Below are positions 50,004 through 63,462 of a DNA stretch of 64,000 bases, one piece after another (the first letter of the stretch is position 1; each line of letters begins with the position of its first letter). Both the position numbers and the translations under genes were made by a program. The stretch is taken from positions 5,394,001 to 5,458,000 of the forward strand of contig NC_043025.1 of the NCBI RefSeq assembly GCF_006345805.1. The letters are read 5' to 3'. This DNA is from Octopus sinensis. Its lineage: Eukaryota. The notes under the pieces are model-generated. The model made no database searches. It was not told the origin of the DNA and saw nothing but the letters and a program-made list of their open reading frames with translations.

Positions 50004-50105
50004 TTTATTTAAAGCAGCAGAAAATTCAACAAAACCTGTTACTCTGAGTTTCCCGGGAAACTCAGAGTAACAGGTTTTGTTGAATTTTCTGCTGCTTTAA
50101 ATAAA
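50004..50105. repeat. Perfect 102-bp palindrome with no spacer
   Basis: Centre TTTCCC|GGGAAA at 50054/50055. Confidence 0.95.
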
Positions 50106-50187
50106 ACATATTACTCTACCACTGGTATTTGAGTACTCTTTTTTCCACCCTGTTTCACATTTATGTGCTTACTCCGGTATATATATA

Positions 50188-50236
<49 letters not shown>

Positions 50237-51809
50237 TATGCATATATATACACACACATACACACATATACATATATATATATATCCATAATTATATACA
50301 CACATATATATATATATACACACACACATAGACTTCTTGCAGTTTTGCTCTTCCATATTCACTCACAAGGTATTGTTTACCACAAGACATTTTCCAAGAT
50401 ACTGTGTCCTGGCACCTTGGGCAAGCTCTTCTACTCCTATGTGCCATCATCATTGTAATTCTCATTTTATGTCCGCTTTACCATAGTCTGTTTAGGCAAT
50501 GTTATCTACAGCTGGGTGCACTTCCTGTTGCCAACCTTCGCCTATTTTCCAAGAGAGTAATAATTCCTGCTAAACCAGACATGTTCTTCACGGACGATTG
50601 GAAATGAATGACATCCACGACATCACTTATGTAACCAATGACAACCATTTTACGATTATTATAATGTCAAGATGCGATATAAACACACACTCACACATGC
50701 ACGCATACATACATGCATGCACATACACACACATTCACACTCACACATGCATACACACATACGCGGGCACAAGCACACACATGCATGCACACGCACGTAC
50801 ACACACATGCATGTACACACATTCACATGCACACATATACATACATGCATGTACACACATTCACACACACACACATGCATGCACGCACACATGCTTGCAC
50901 ACACATTCCGCACACATACACATGCATGCACACATATACACACATGCACACACATGCATGCACACATTCACATGCACACAGACAAGCACGCACACATACA
51001 CATGCATGTACACACGTTCACACGCACACATGCATACCCATCCACAGACATGGACACACTGATACGCATACACACATGCATGTGCACACACACACACACA
51101 CATGCACTAGTCTAGTGAAGGAAAGAAGAGAAATAAAGCGAAACACCTGGTCAAGCCTGGGACTTGAACCCACAAACTACAGTTAACGCACTCACTGAAC
51201 TATTGAATGATGGTGACGCTTCAACATCGAACCCCACCAACACCTTCAGCTGCACCACCCTCACAGCTGCATCAACAGACCCCTCGTCTGCACGCACCCT
51301 TGTCTGCATCAGCAACCCACCCCCTATCTGCACCACCCTCGTCTGTATCCCACCCACCCACCCTCGTCTGTATCCCACCCACCCACCCTCGTCTATATCA
51401 CCACCGCCGCCACCACCTCTCGGCAGCAAGCCTACCCCCTCGTTAGCACTCTCGCCCCCTCATCAACACCACCACACCACTAACTCCTACGATTCAACTG
51501 AAATGGGTTAATTTGAACTCATTAACCACAGAAAGATAATTGGAGAGAAAAAGAGATGGGAGAGAGAGAGAGAGAGAAGCTGGGAGAGGAAGAGAGACCC
51601 ATCATCTAATGAATCACTCTCCCCGTCACCACCACCGCCATCTCCATCTGCTCTCTCTCTCCTGGCACTCCCTCAACACCTCTCCTCTGACTACTTCTTC
51701 CTTCTCTTAAGGCTTGTCTCAGCATTAATTTTAGTGGTTATTAGGAAGGTGGTGAGGTGGCAGAATCGTTAGTGCAGCAGGCAAAAACGCTCAGCAGAAT
51801 TACGTGCGA

Positions 51810-52240
51810 CTCTTACTCTTTTACTTGTTTCAGTCACTTGACTGCGGCCATGCTGGAGCACCGCCTTTAGTCGAGCAACTCGACCCCAGGACTTATTCTT
51901 TGGAAGCCCAGTACTTATTCTATCGGTCTCTTTTGCCGAACCGCTAAGTGACAGGGACGTAAACACACCAGCATCGGTTGTCAAGCAATGCTAGGGGGAC
52001 AAACACACACACACAAACATATACACACACACTTATATATATATATATATATATACATATATACGATAGGCTTCTTTCCGTTTCCGTCTACCAAATCAAC
52101 TCACAAGGCATTGGTCGGCCCGGGGCTATAGCAGAAGACACTTGCCCACGATGCCACGCAGTGGGACTGAACCCGGAACCATGTGGTTGGTTAGCAAGCT
52201 ACTTACCACACAGCCACTCCTACGCCTATATCATCATCAT

Positions 52241-52277
<37 letters not shown>

Positions 52278-52985
52278 ACAGGTTTCTTTCAGTTTCCGTC
52301 TACCAAATCCACTCACAAGGCATTGGTCGGCCCGGGGCTATAGCAGAAGACACTTGCCAAGATGCCACGCAGTGGGACTGAACCCGGAACCATGTGGTTG
52401 GTTAGCAAGCTACTTACCACACAGCCACTCCTGCGCCTTTAGATTCAAAATCTTCCTGGGTTGACATTGCCCTTCATCATTTCGGGGTCAATAAGATAGG
52501 TACCAGCTGAGCACTGGGGTCGATGTAATCAATTGACCCCCCACCCCTGAAATTGCTGGTCTTGCTCCAAAATGTGAAACCAATATTATTGGGTTGGTAC
52601 ATAATAGGTGCAGGAGTGGCTGTCTGGTAAAAAGCTTGCTTCCCAACTACATGGTTCCGGGTTCAGTCCCATTGTATGGCACCTTCGGTAGGTGTCTTCT
52701 ATTATAGCCTTGGGCTGACCAAAGCCTTGAGAATAGATTTGGTAGATGGAAACTGAAAGAAGCCCATCGTATGTATGTGTGTGTGTATGTTTGTGTGCCT
52801 GTGTTTGTCCCCCCAACATCGCTTGACAACCAATGCTGGTGTCCTCATAACTTAGCGGTTCTGCAAAAGAGACTGATAGAATAAGTACTAGGCCTACAAA
52901 GAATAAGTCCTGGGGTTGATTTGCTTGACTAAAGGCGGTGCTCCAGCATGGCCACAATGACATGACTGAAACAAGTAAAAGAGTA
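51810..52985. mobile_element. Divergent SINE-A pair (- 51810-52437 with doubled 5' half; + 52608-52985)
   Basis: Consensus matches on both strands. Confidence 0.85.
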
Positions 52986-53580
52986 ACAGAATAACCACCA
53001 GGCGCAGCACTTCGTAAAGCTAGGGCCTTCAAGCTTCCAACAATGTGTGTCTGCTTTCCTTCCTAAAAATAAGACCTGTTTCTCCTTCCTGAAATTAGGG
53101 CTTTCTCTTTTTGCAGACATAGGCCCTCTTTTCTCTGTCCTTACTTCGTGAGGAAGACAGGACAGGCAAAGTAGATAGGCGAGCGGAAGTTTGAAATCAG
53201 TAATACAAGATGTGAGGGTGTGAAAGTGTCTGCTATTTTACTAATAACCTGTTTCTGTGGTTTTCTTTGCACTATTAGTCACACACACATGTATAAGTAC
53301 GTATATATATTTGATGTCACGGGTGACCGGGTCTGATAATTCAGACTGTATCAGCCCGTCTTCAAAACGCCTGATTACACTTGAATTGACTTGCATCTGT
53401 CTACTTTCATAGAAGCTAACCAATGTGCTAAACAGGCCAGGAAATGTATTGTGGCTACCATTCAGACAGCAAGAGTATTTAGGCTAATAATTATTATGGT
53501 TGGCTTTGTGGTAAGATCTTTGCTTCCCAACAAGATGGTCCTGGGTTCACTCCTACTGCTTGGCACTTTGGGCAAATGTC

Positions 53581-54243
53581 AGGTCTTTTTCGGTTTGAAC
53601 GGCAGTTTTTTCTAGCGGTGTCATATGGAATTGTCACCCATAATTACGACCCTAGTATCGATCTATTGCATTTCAATCTGTTTTAGGGTTAAGGGGAAGG
53701 GTATCTTTTTTTCTTCACAAATGTAAATAAACCCAATCTGTTTCTTAAACGAGGGACATATTCATACGGCACAGAATGCTTTTCACCTCAATAGACGTCA
53801 GTGATTGGTTGAAATTGCCGAAATGCAAGAAATAAAAGGGATCTTTTCGGTTTGAATGGCAGTTTTTTCTAGCAGTGTCATATGAAATTGTCACCCATAA
53901 TTATGACCCTAGAATCGATCTATTGAATTTCAATCTGTTTTAGGGTTAGGGGAAGGGTATCTTTTTTCTTCAGAAATCTAAATAAACCCAATCTGTTTCT
54001 TAAACGAGGGACATATTCATATGGCACAGAATGCTTTTTACCTCAATAGACGTCATTGATTGGTTGAAATTGCAGAAATTGAAGAAAAAAAAAAAACAAA
54101 TATCTTACAAACTACTGAATTTTCTCAATAAAGCCAAGAGAAAAAGATGTTTTATAAACACATTCTACCAGTATACGAAGTTTAAAATTTTTTAGTTACC
54201 TAGAAATTATGTTAAAAACTGCCGTTCAAACCGAAAAGGTCCC
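53581..54243 (+). mobile_element. MITE with ~30-bp TIRs and 7-8-bp TSD, inserted in a SINE-A; left 257 bp duplicated
   Basis: TIR GGGATCTTTTCGGTTTGAACGGCAGTTTTT; (C)AAATGTC on both flanks. Confidence 0.8.
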
Positions 54244-54329
54244 AAATGTCTTCTACTATAGCCCTGAACCAACCAATATCTTGTGAATGAATTTTGTAGA
54301 TGGAATCTGAAAAATGCTCATCATATCAC

Positions 54330-54740
54330 TATCATCATCACTTAATGTCTGTTTGCCATGCTGGCATGGGTTGGACAGTTTGACAGATGTTGGTCACCTG
54401 AAGGACTATCTAGGCTCCGTGTCTGTTTTGGCATGGTTTCTATGGCTGGATGCCCTTCCTAATGCCAACCACTTCACATAGTGTACTAGGTGCATTTGCA
54501 CAGCACCAGCACAGCTGCATCTATGTAGCACCAGTACAGGTGCTTTTTGCGTGGTACAGGCACTCACAAGCTGACAAGATTAGGAATACTCAGCCGGAAA
54601 AGGATGCAAGGGACATGCCTGTATGCAAAGACAACCACAGTTTTACTTAGCTTGACGTGTCCAAACACAGCAAACAGCCCTGAGTCTCGGTCCCCTGCCA
54701 TCCCCTCTGTGAGACCCAATGCCTGAAGATCCTTCCACAC
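54330..54740 (-). mobile_element. RTE LINE C-terminus running into repeat E
   Basis: Minus strand DLQALGLTEGM...; then E motifs and (TGA)n tail. Confidence 0.6.
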
Positions 54741-54794
54741 CACTTCATATATACATATGTACCCATAAATATATATATATATATATATATAGGT

Positions 54795-55185
54795 ACAGGA
54801 GTGGCTGTGTGGTAAGTAGCTTGTTTACCAACCACATGGTGGCATCTTGGGCAAGTGTCTTCTACTATAGCCTCAGGCGGACCAATGCCTTGTGAGTGGA
54901 TTTGGTAGACGGAAACTGAAATAAGCCCGTCGTATATATGTATATATATATATATATATGTGTGTGTATGTTTGTGTGTCTATGTTTGTCCCCCCTAGCA
55001 TTGCTTGACAACCGATGCTGGTGTGTTTATGTCCCCGTCACTTAGCGGTTCGGCAAAAGAGACTGATAGAATAAGTACTGGGCTTACAAAAAAAAAAAAG
55101 AATAAGTCCCGGGTTCGAGTTGCTCGATTAAAGGCGGTGCTCCAGCATGGCCGCAGTCAAATGACTGAAACAAGTAAAAGAGTAT
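54795..55185 (+). mobile_element. SINE-A with B-box deletion
   Basis: Consensus match. Confidence 0.85.
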
Positions 55186-55849
55186 ATATATGTATATATG
55201 TGTGTATTTATATTACATCTATCCCCCATTACACTTTGACAAGCTGGTGTTGGTTGGTTTATATCCCCATAACTTAGCAGTTGGAGCCCCGTGTGTCAGT
55301 TCTGATCAAAGGCAATCCAGTTGTGACCATCTCTATCACAACTACATGTGCTGTTTGCTTGCTTGCTTGCTTTCTTTTTTTCTTTCTTCCTTTTCTAAAA
55401 CAGTAGAGTGTGATTTAACAGAAATTTAATTGCTGTTTCTAGCACACTGCACAACCACGCACAGGCACCCCTTTGTTGCCCCAGGTGGTTATGGTGGTGG
55501 TGACGGCGGCGGCGGTGTAAGAGTATAGGAATTATGTGGACGTAGTGGTAGTGGGTGGCAGTGGTGGTCTGAAGAGATGGTACTGGTGGTAGTTTCATGG
55601 GGTGAGAACTGTTTTGTGTTAATCCCTGTGAAGCTTTTGTAGGGAGGTTTGAAAGATGAGTGGTGGTGGTGGTGGTGGTAGTGGTGGCAGCAGCGGTGGT
55701 GGTATTTATTGAGTGAGCAGTGTTTGTAACCTTAATTAACATGATAATCCCCCTCGTATTTAGCAACAAAGTTGAGATGTGGTCTGGGTGGTAGTACTTG
55801 TGGCATTACTGGTGGTGGTGGTTGTGGTGATGTCAGTGTCATGACGGTA

Positions 55850-56765
55850 GCGGCAAGCTGGCAGAATCGTTAGCACGCCGGGCGAAATGTGTAGCCGTAG
55901 TTCGTCTGTCGTTACGTTGTGAGTTCAAATTCCGCCGAGGTCAACTTTGCCTTTCATCCCTTCGGGGTTGATAAATTAATTACCAGTTACGCACTTCGGT
56001 GTAATCAACTTAATACCTATGTCTGTCCTTGTTTGTCCCCTCTGTGTTTAGCCCATTGTGGGTAATAAAGAAATAGGTATTTCGTCTGCCGCTACGTTGT
56101 GAGTTCAAATTCCGCCGAGGTCGACTTTGCCTTTCATCCTTTCGGGGTCGATAAATTAAGTACCAGTTATGCACTTCGGTGTAATCGACTTAATACCTAT
56201 GTCTGTCCTTGTTTGTCCCCTCTATGTTTAGCCCCTTGTGGGTAGTAAAGAAAAAGGTATTTCGTCTGCCGCTACGTTGTGAGTTCAAATTCCGCCGAGG
56301 TCGACTTTGCCTTTCATCCTTTCGGGGTCGATTAAATAAGTACCAGTTACGCACTGGGGTCGATATAATCGACTTAATCCACTTGTCTGTCCTTGTTTGT
56401 CCCCTCTGTGTTTAGCCCCTTGTGGTTAGTAAAGAAATAGGTATTTCATCTGCCGTTACGTTCTGAGTTCAAATTAAACCGAAGTCGACTTTGCCTTTCA
56501 TCCTTTCAGGGTCGATTAAAGAAGTACCAGTTACGCACTGGGGTCGATATAATCGACTTAATCCGCTTGTTTGTCCCCTAATAAAGAAAGAGGTATTTTG
56601 CCTGCCATTATGTTCTAAGTTCAAATTCCACCGAGGTCGACTTTGGCTTTCATCCTTTTGGGATCGATAAATTAAGTACCAGTTACACACTAGGGTCGAT
56701 GTAATCGACTTAATCCCAGGGGTCTGTCCTTATTTGTTCCCTCTATGTTTAGCCCCTTGAGGGCA
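55850..56765 (+). mobile_element. SINE-B tandem pentamer (180-184-bp period)
   Basis: Units at 55911, 56091, 56271, 56455 and a diverged fifth. Confidence 0.88.
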
Positions 56766-56769
56766 ATAA

Positions 56770-57569
56770 ATAAATAAGATTACTGCCATTGTTATTGTGA
56801 TGGTGATTGGTTTTTGAGGTGGTGGTGGTGGTGTTGACAATGGTGGTGGTTGTGGTGGTCACAGTTTGGTGTTGCTGATGATGATGCTGGTGGTGGTGTT
56901 GGTGGTGATGGTGATGGTAATGATTGTGTGAACAATGTTGGTCATGGTGGTGGTGTGACAACGATGATGATGATGATGATGATAGTGGTGCCAGTGGTGT
57001 TAGTCGTGATTGTGCTTGTGATGGTGGTGTTAACAGCGGTGGTGGTGGTGGTTGTGCAAATGATGGTGACGGTGGTGACGATGATAGTTGTGGTGGTGGT
57101 GGTGGTGGTGAGGATGATAGTTGTGTGGTGGTGGTGGCGGTGGTGACGATGATAGTTGTGGTGGTGGTGGTGGTGGTGGTGAGGATGATAGTTGTGGTGG
57201 TGGTGGTGGTGAGGATGATAGTTGTGGTGGTGGTGGTGGTGGCGGTGGTGACGATGATAGTTGTGGTGGTGGTGGTGGTGGTTGCTGCACATGTTGAAGC
57301 TGGGCATAGCTTCACATATTCCAATTAGAGAAAAAGAGAGCCCGATTACTTGTGTGTGGTGGTTGTCGAGGGGTCGGGGGGGAATCATCCCCCCCTCTCC
57401 CCTCCTCCTCATGTTGTCTAGCTGTTGCTTCTTAAAGAATCCATTCTCACATGTCTTTCTGGTAAATTCTTGGGGGTTCATACATGCATACATATATACA
57501 TACATATGCATCCATACATGCATGCATGCATATATACACGCATGCAAATATATGTACACACACACATAC

Positions 57570-57642
<73 letters not shown>

Positions 57643-57686
57643 TGTGTGTGTGTATATATATATATGTGTGTGTGTATATATATATA

Positions 57687-57729
<43 letters not shown>

Positions 57730-58025
57730 ATATACACACACATATCTTAGCTGCTTTCTTCTATACGAGCAAAGCCATTGCTAGGAAGAATCATTTGTAC
57801 ATATACACACACACACATATATATACACACACACACATATACACACACACACATATATATATACACACACACATGCACATATATATACACACACACACTC
57901 ATATATATATATACACACATACGCATATATATACACACACACACACAAATATATGCACATATATATATACACACACACACACAAATATATGCACATATAT
58001 ATATACACACACACATATATATTTA
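56770..58025. repeat. (GGT/GAT)n block then (TA/CA/TG)n blocks
   Basis: Directly visible. Confidence 0.9.
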
Positions 58026-58899
58026 TAGATGGGGGTGGGGGTGAGGGAGCCATTTCTGGCTAGTTGCAGAGGTGGAAGGCACTGTTGGTCTTGTGTGTGT
58101 GTGTGTGTCTTTGTATATCTGTGTGTTTATGTGTGTGTGTGTGTGTGTTTGCTCTGTCTCCTATCAGAACCACCACCACCACTACCACCACCAGTCTCCT
58201 GCTCCTCCTCCTCCCCACCCCAGTCCTCCTTCTAGTGAATGTCTGTTGGTGACACCTGGCAAATATAATCCTTTTTTAACTTTCTAATTCACAATCAGGG
58301 TAGGTTCTGTGTGTGTGTGTGTCTGTGTGTCTTGTTTGAAAAAAAAGAAAGAAAGAAACAAACAAACAGCATGTGGGATGTGTGAACCTGAGACTAGACA
58401 GACAGACAGACAGACAGGCAAGCACCCCCCACCCACCCCCGCCACCGTCGGTGTTAGTGGTGGCTGTGAAGCTGAGAGGGGGGAGAAGAAACCTTCCTTA
58501 CCCTCTTCCCCCCCCCCGCGCCTCCTTCTTCCCACCAACCTGCTCACCCCCCACCCCCCACCCGGCAGGCCAGGTTTCCTTATCTACCATGGTTGACATT
58601 TTGGAAGATCAGAGACATTCCATTTCTCCTCCTCCTCCTCCTCCCTTCTGTAATATAGATGAACTGATCAAGAGAGTGGGATAGACTGGGTTGGCGGGGG
58701 GGGGGGGTGTCTGCTTAGTCAAATAGGAGCGTGGGGTAGAGGGGTGAAGTGGTGGTGGTGGTTCTGTGATTTGTGTTTGATCATAAATGAATGCTACCCA
58801 GTTAGGTGTAGGGGTGGCGTCAAAGAAGATAATCATAATAATAAGGATGGTTTCAAATTTTGCCACAAGGGCAGCAGTTTGAGAGGAACCCCCCCCCCC

Positions 58900-59575
58900 C
58901 CCCAGTAGATTGCATCTACCTCAGTGTTCAGCTGGTACTTATTTTACCTACCCTGAAACGATGAAAGGCAAAGTCAACCTCGGCGGAATTTGAACTCAGA
59001 ACGTAACGGCAGACGAAATACCTATTTCTTTACTACCCACAAGGGGCTAAACACAGAGGGGACAAACAAGGACAGACGTAGGTATTAAGTCGATTACATC
59101 GACCCCAGTGTGTAACTGGTACTTAATTTATCGACCCCGAAAGGATGAAAGGCAAAGTCGACTTCGGTGGAATTTGAACTCACAACGTAACGGCAGATGA
59201 AATACCTCTTTCTTTACTACCCACAATGGGCTAAACACAGAGGGGACAAACAAGGACAGACATAGGTATTAAGTCGATTACATCGACCCCAGTGCGTAAC
59301 TGGTACTTAATTTATCGACCTCCGAAAGGGTGAAAGGCAAAGTCAAACTCTGCGGAATTTGAACTCAGAACGTAACGGCAGACGAAATACCTATTTCTTT
59401 ACTGCCCACAAGGGGCCAAACACGGACAGACAAAGGGATTAAGTCGATTACATCGACCCCGAAAGGATGAAAGGCAAAGTCAACCTCTGCGGAATTTGAA
59501 CTCACAATGTAACGCAGATGAAATACCGCTAAGCATTTCGCCCGGCGTGCTAACCTCTCTGCCAGCTCGCCAATA
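58900..59575 (-). mobile_element. SINE-B tandem array, about four units
   Basis: Reverse-complement units with head at about 59570. Confidence 0.85.
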
Positions 59576-60551
59576 TCGCCAAGCATTTCATTCAGCTCAC
59601 CACCTGAATCATGACAAGAATAATAATGGTCCTTTCTGCTTTCGGCGCAAGGCTTGAACTTCGTGGAAAGGGGCAAGTCGATTACTTAATTGGCACTTAA
59701 TTTATCAACCCCGAAAGGACGAAAGGAAAAGTTGAGCTCAGCAGAATTTGAACTCAAGACACATGGGCGAAATACTGCTAAGCATTTCGTCCAGCGTGCT
59801 AACAATTCTGCCAGCTTGCTACCTTAATAATAATAATAAAGATAATAATGATAATAATAATAATAATGATAATAATGATAATGATAATAATAATCATAAT
59901 AATTAATTCTTTTTATTGGCCACAAGGGCTGACACACATGATTGGAAAACATAAAGGGACAAAACAGGACGAAAGGTTACAAAGGGTTTTGTCCATTTGT
60001 GAAAAAATCTTGTAAAAACAGTGTAACAATCAAATAATATAACAACGAAAAACTCCTAATAGGGGGAGGCGTTACGAAAGGTTCCTGGTGGAAAAACCCA
60101 TAAAAGCCAACAGGAGCCTGGTCAAAAGGTGGGTAGAGAGCCCCTTTCTCCTTTTATAATACCTTTTTCATTTACAGGCGAAACCTCAGAATTGGTCCAT
60201 TTTACTTTCTACTGAAGGTACAAGGCCTGCAATTTTGGGGGAGGGGTTAAGTCGATTGCATAGATTCCAACGTTTCACTGGTATTTATTTCGTCGACCCT
60301 GAAAGGATGAAAGGCAAAGTCGACCTCGGTGGAATTTGAACTCAAAACACAAAGATGGACAAAATGCCGCTAAGCATTTCGCCTAGCAGGTTAACGATTC
60401 TGCCAGCTCAAATAATGATTTCTTTCTTTTATATGTGCAAGGCCTGAAATTTGGGCAGGGGGAGATAGTCGATTTCATCAACCCCAATGCATAACTGGTA
60501 TTTATTTTATCAATCCTTAAAGGATGAAAGGCAAAGCCAACCTCAGCAGAG

Positions 60552-60960
60552 CCCTGACACAGTACCAGGCAGTGGCTCTCATGGCTTCTGATCTTAACTG
60601 ATTGGAAGTGTTATCATGTACATTGTTGTCTTGGTATAAAAGAAGGGCTACAGCAAATATTCTGCTCAATACCACAGATTTGCTAATGCCCTGATGCAGT
60701 ACCAGGCAGTGGCTCTCATGGCTTCTGATCTTAACTGATTGGAAGTGTTATCATGTACATTGTTTTGTCTTGGTATAAAAGATGGGCTACAGCAAATATT
60801 CTGCTCAATACCACAGACTTACTAATGCCTTGATGCAGTACCAGGCAGTGGCTCTCATGGCTTCTGATCTTAACTTATTGGAAGTGTTATCATGTACATT
60901 GTTTTGTCTGTATAAAAGATGGGCTACACCAAATATTCTGCTCAATATTACAGATTTCCT
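60552..60960. repeat. ~138-bp tandem repeat, three units
   Basis: CAGTACCAGGCAG at 60560, 60697, 60836. Confidence 0.9.
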
Positions 60961-61859
60961 TGTCAGTTGTTTGACCTTAACCACTTGACCATGTCCCTTA
61001 GTGGCTGATGATAGGTGCATCTCTGATCACGAGTAGAAGTAGTGTGGGAGCATCATAGCCATGTGTTGAGAGGGATTCTTTGAGGTTTGACTAATTCACC
61101 TTTGGAAAAATGGGTGTTTCATTCAACATCCTTAAACAGCCCTTATTCAGGGACCTTTTGAGTGGGATGAGCTCCTTAACCTGAAGATTTTTCCAACTGG
61201 GCCCCTATCTGCAAGGTCATGCGCTGTTTATCTTGACTGCAATTTTGCTCGGCTTCATGGGTCTTCTAAAGTGCAGCATAATGCCAATGGTCTTGGTCAT
61301 TGCCTCCGTGAGGCCCAACGTTCAAAAGGAACTCAGCCACCTTGCCTCCGTGGGGCCCACTTGAGTTAAAATTCTGCCGAGGTGAACTTTGCCTTTCGTC
61401 ATTTTGAGGTCGATAAAATTAGTACCAGCTGAAAAATGGGGGTTGATGCACTCAACTTACTCCACCACCCCCTAGAAATTGCTGGCCTTGTGCCGAAATT
61501 TAAAAACCAATGTGTGTGTGTGTGTGTTTACAGAGAGAGAGAGAGAGAAAGATCTTAGATGTAGTCTCCCCCCTCTTCCCCATGCCTTCCGTCTTCTCTG
61601 TTCTTTCATGTTCCTCATCCTTCTCCTCTTCCTCTTCTTCCGCCCCCACCCCCTCCCTTCTCTCTGCCAGTCTTCTTCATTAATTAATGTAAATATTAAG
61701 AGAGGTCCCAATTACGGAGCAAGGGACATTCCTTTCTGTAACCATTTTGAATTTCAAAGGGGGTGGGCTGGGGTGGTGGGTCTTTGATCTGTTTAAGTGT
61801 GTTCGTGTCTGTGTGTGTGCGTAATAGCCTCTGATATGGTGATGAGCTGACTGTATCTG

Positions 61860-62277
61860 TGTACATGTCCGTCTTTGTGTTTCTGAATATCTTGTGTGTG
61901 TGTGTGTGTGTGTGTGTGTGGAGGAGAGAGAGAGAGAAATTTTGTGTGAAGGGAGGAGCAGGAAAGAGTGTGTGTGTGAGAGAGAGTGAGAGAGAGAGTA
62001 TGTGTGTGTGTGTGTGGAGGAGAGAGAGAGTATGTGTCTGTGTGTGTGGAGGAGAGAGAGAGATTGTGTGTGAAGGGGGGAGCAGGAAAGAGAGTATGTG
62101 TGTTATGTGTGTGAGTATATGTGTGTATGTGAGAGAGAGAGAGAGAGAGAGTATGTGTGTGTGTGAGAGAGAGTGTGTGTGTGGAGGAGAGAGAGAGAAA
62201 TTGTGTGTGAAGGGGGGAGCAGGAAAGAGTGTGTGTGTGTGAGAGAGTGTATGTGTGTATGTGAGAGAGAGAGAGTA

Positions 62278-62339
<62 letters not shown>

Positions 62340-62514
62340 TGTATGTGGAGGAGAGAGAGAGAGAAATTGTATGTGAAGGGGTGAGCAGGAAAGAGAGTGT
62401 ATGTGTGTGTGAGAGAGAGAGAGAGACTGTACGTTTGAAGAGAGAGACTGTGTGTGTGTGTGTGAAATAGAAACACTGTACATATAAGAGAGACTCTGTG
62501 TGTGTGTCTGTGAC

Positions 62515-62545
<31 letters not shown>
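61860..62545. repeat. (GA)n/(TG)n compound repeat with higher-order units
   Basis: Directly visible. Confidence 0.9.
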
Positions 62546-62546
<1 letters not shown>

Positions 62547-62681
62547 TATGAGGGAGAGAAAAACCTGTGTATGAGAGCGGGACAGACAGAAAGACCAACA
62601 CAGATCTGTGTGTGTGTGTGTGTGTTGGTCTTCTTGCTTTACTTGGGGAAATTGAACCCTGTACCTGTGTCTTAAAATCTA

Positions 62682-63065
62682 TAGGTGCAGGAGTGGCTGT
62701 GTGGTAAGTAGCTTGCTAACCAATCACATGGTTCCGGGTTCAGTCCCACTGCGTGGCATCTTGGGCAAGTGTCTTCTACTATAGCCTCGGGCCGACCAAA
62801 GCCTTGTGAGTGGATTTGGTAGACGGAAACTGAAAGAAGCCCGTCATATATATGTATACATATATATATGTATGTGTGTGTGTCTGTGTTTGTCCCCCTA
62901 GCTTTGCTTGACAACCGATGCTGGTGTGTTTACGTCCCCGTCACTTAGCGGTTCGGCAAAAGAGACCGATAGAATAAGTACTGGGCTTATAAAGAACTTA
63001 TTGCTCGACTAAAGGTGGTGCTCCAGCATGGCCGCAGTCAAATGACTGAAACAAGTAAAAGAGTA
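62682..63065 (+). mobile_element. SINE-A
   Basis: Consensus match. Confidence 0.88.
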
Positions 63066-63462
63066 AGATATGCAAAGCAATATAAGCTAAGATCGAGGCC
63101 AGTTCACTCTTTCCACCTGCATCTTGCAGCTCACCTGTGACAGACTGGCGTCCCGTCCAGGTGGGGAATCTATACGCCAAGGAAACCAGGAAACCGGCCC
63201 TTATGAGCCAGGCATGTCTCGAGAAGGAAGGAACCTTGCCAGTTGGAACTTCTACTGATGGTAATAGCAAAGCCGTGTCTGTGGTGCATCTACAATTTGC
63301 ATCACTGTGCAGTTTGGTGTATTGCACATATACTCCTTACACTTTCGGAGATTTCAACTCTGCACGGATTTCAATGCTGTCGAAGGCCTTTTCATAGTCC
63401 TTTAAAAATAACACACATCATTAATTACATTTTCTAAGCTCGTTAAATAATTTAATCCTTAA

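Noticed and set aside
53241-53423. Minus-strand 60-aa ORF (SFYESRQMQVNSSVIRRFEDGLIQ...)
   Set aside because: Protein-like but unrecognised, with weak splice sites and competing exon calls on both strands nearby
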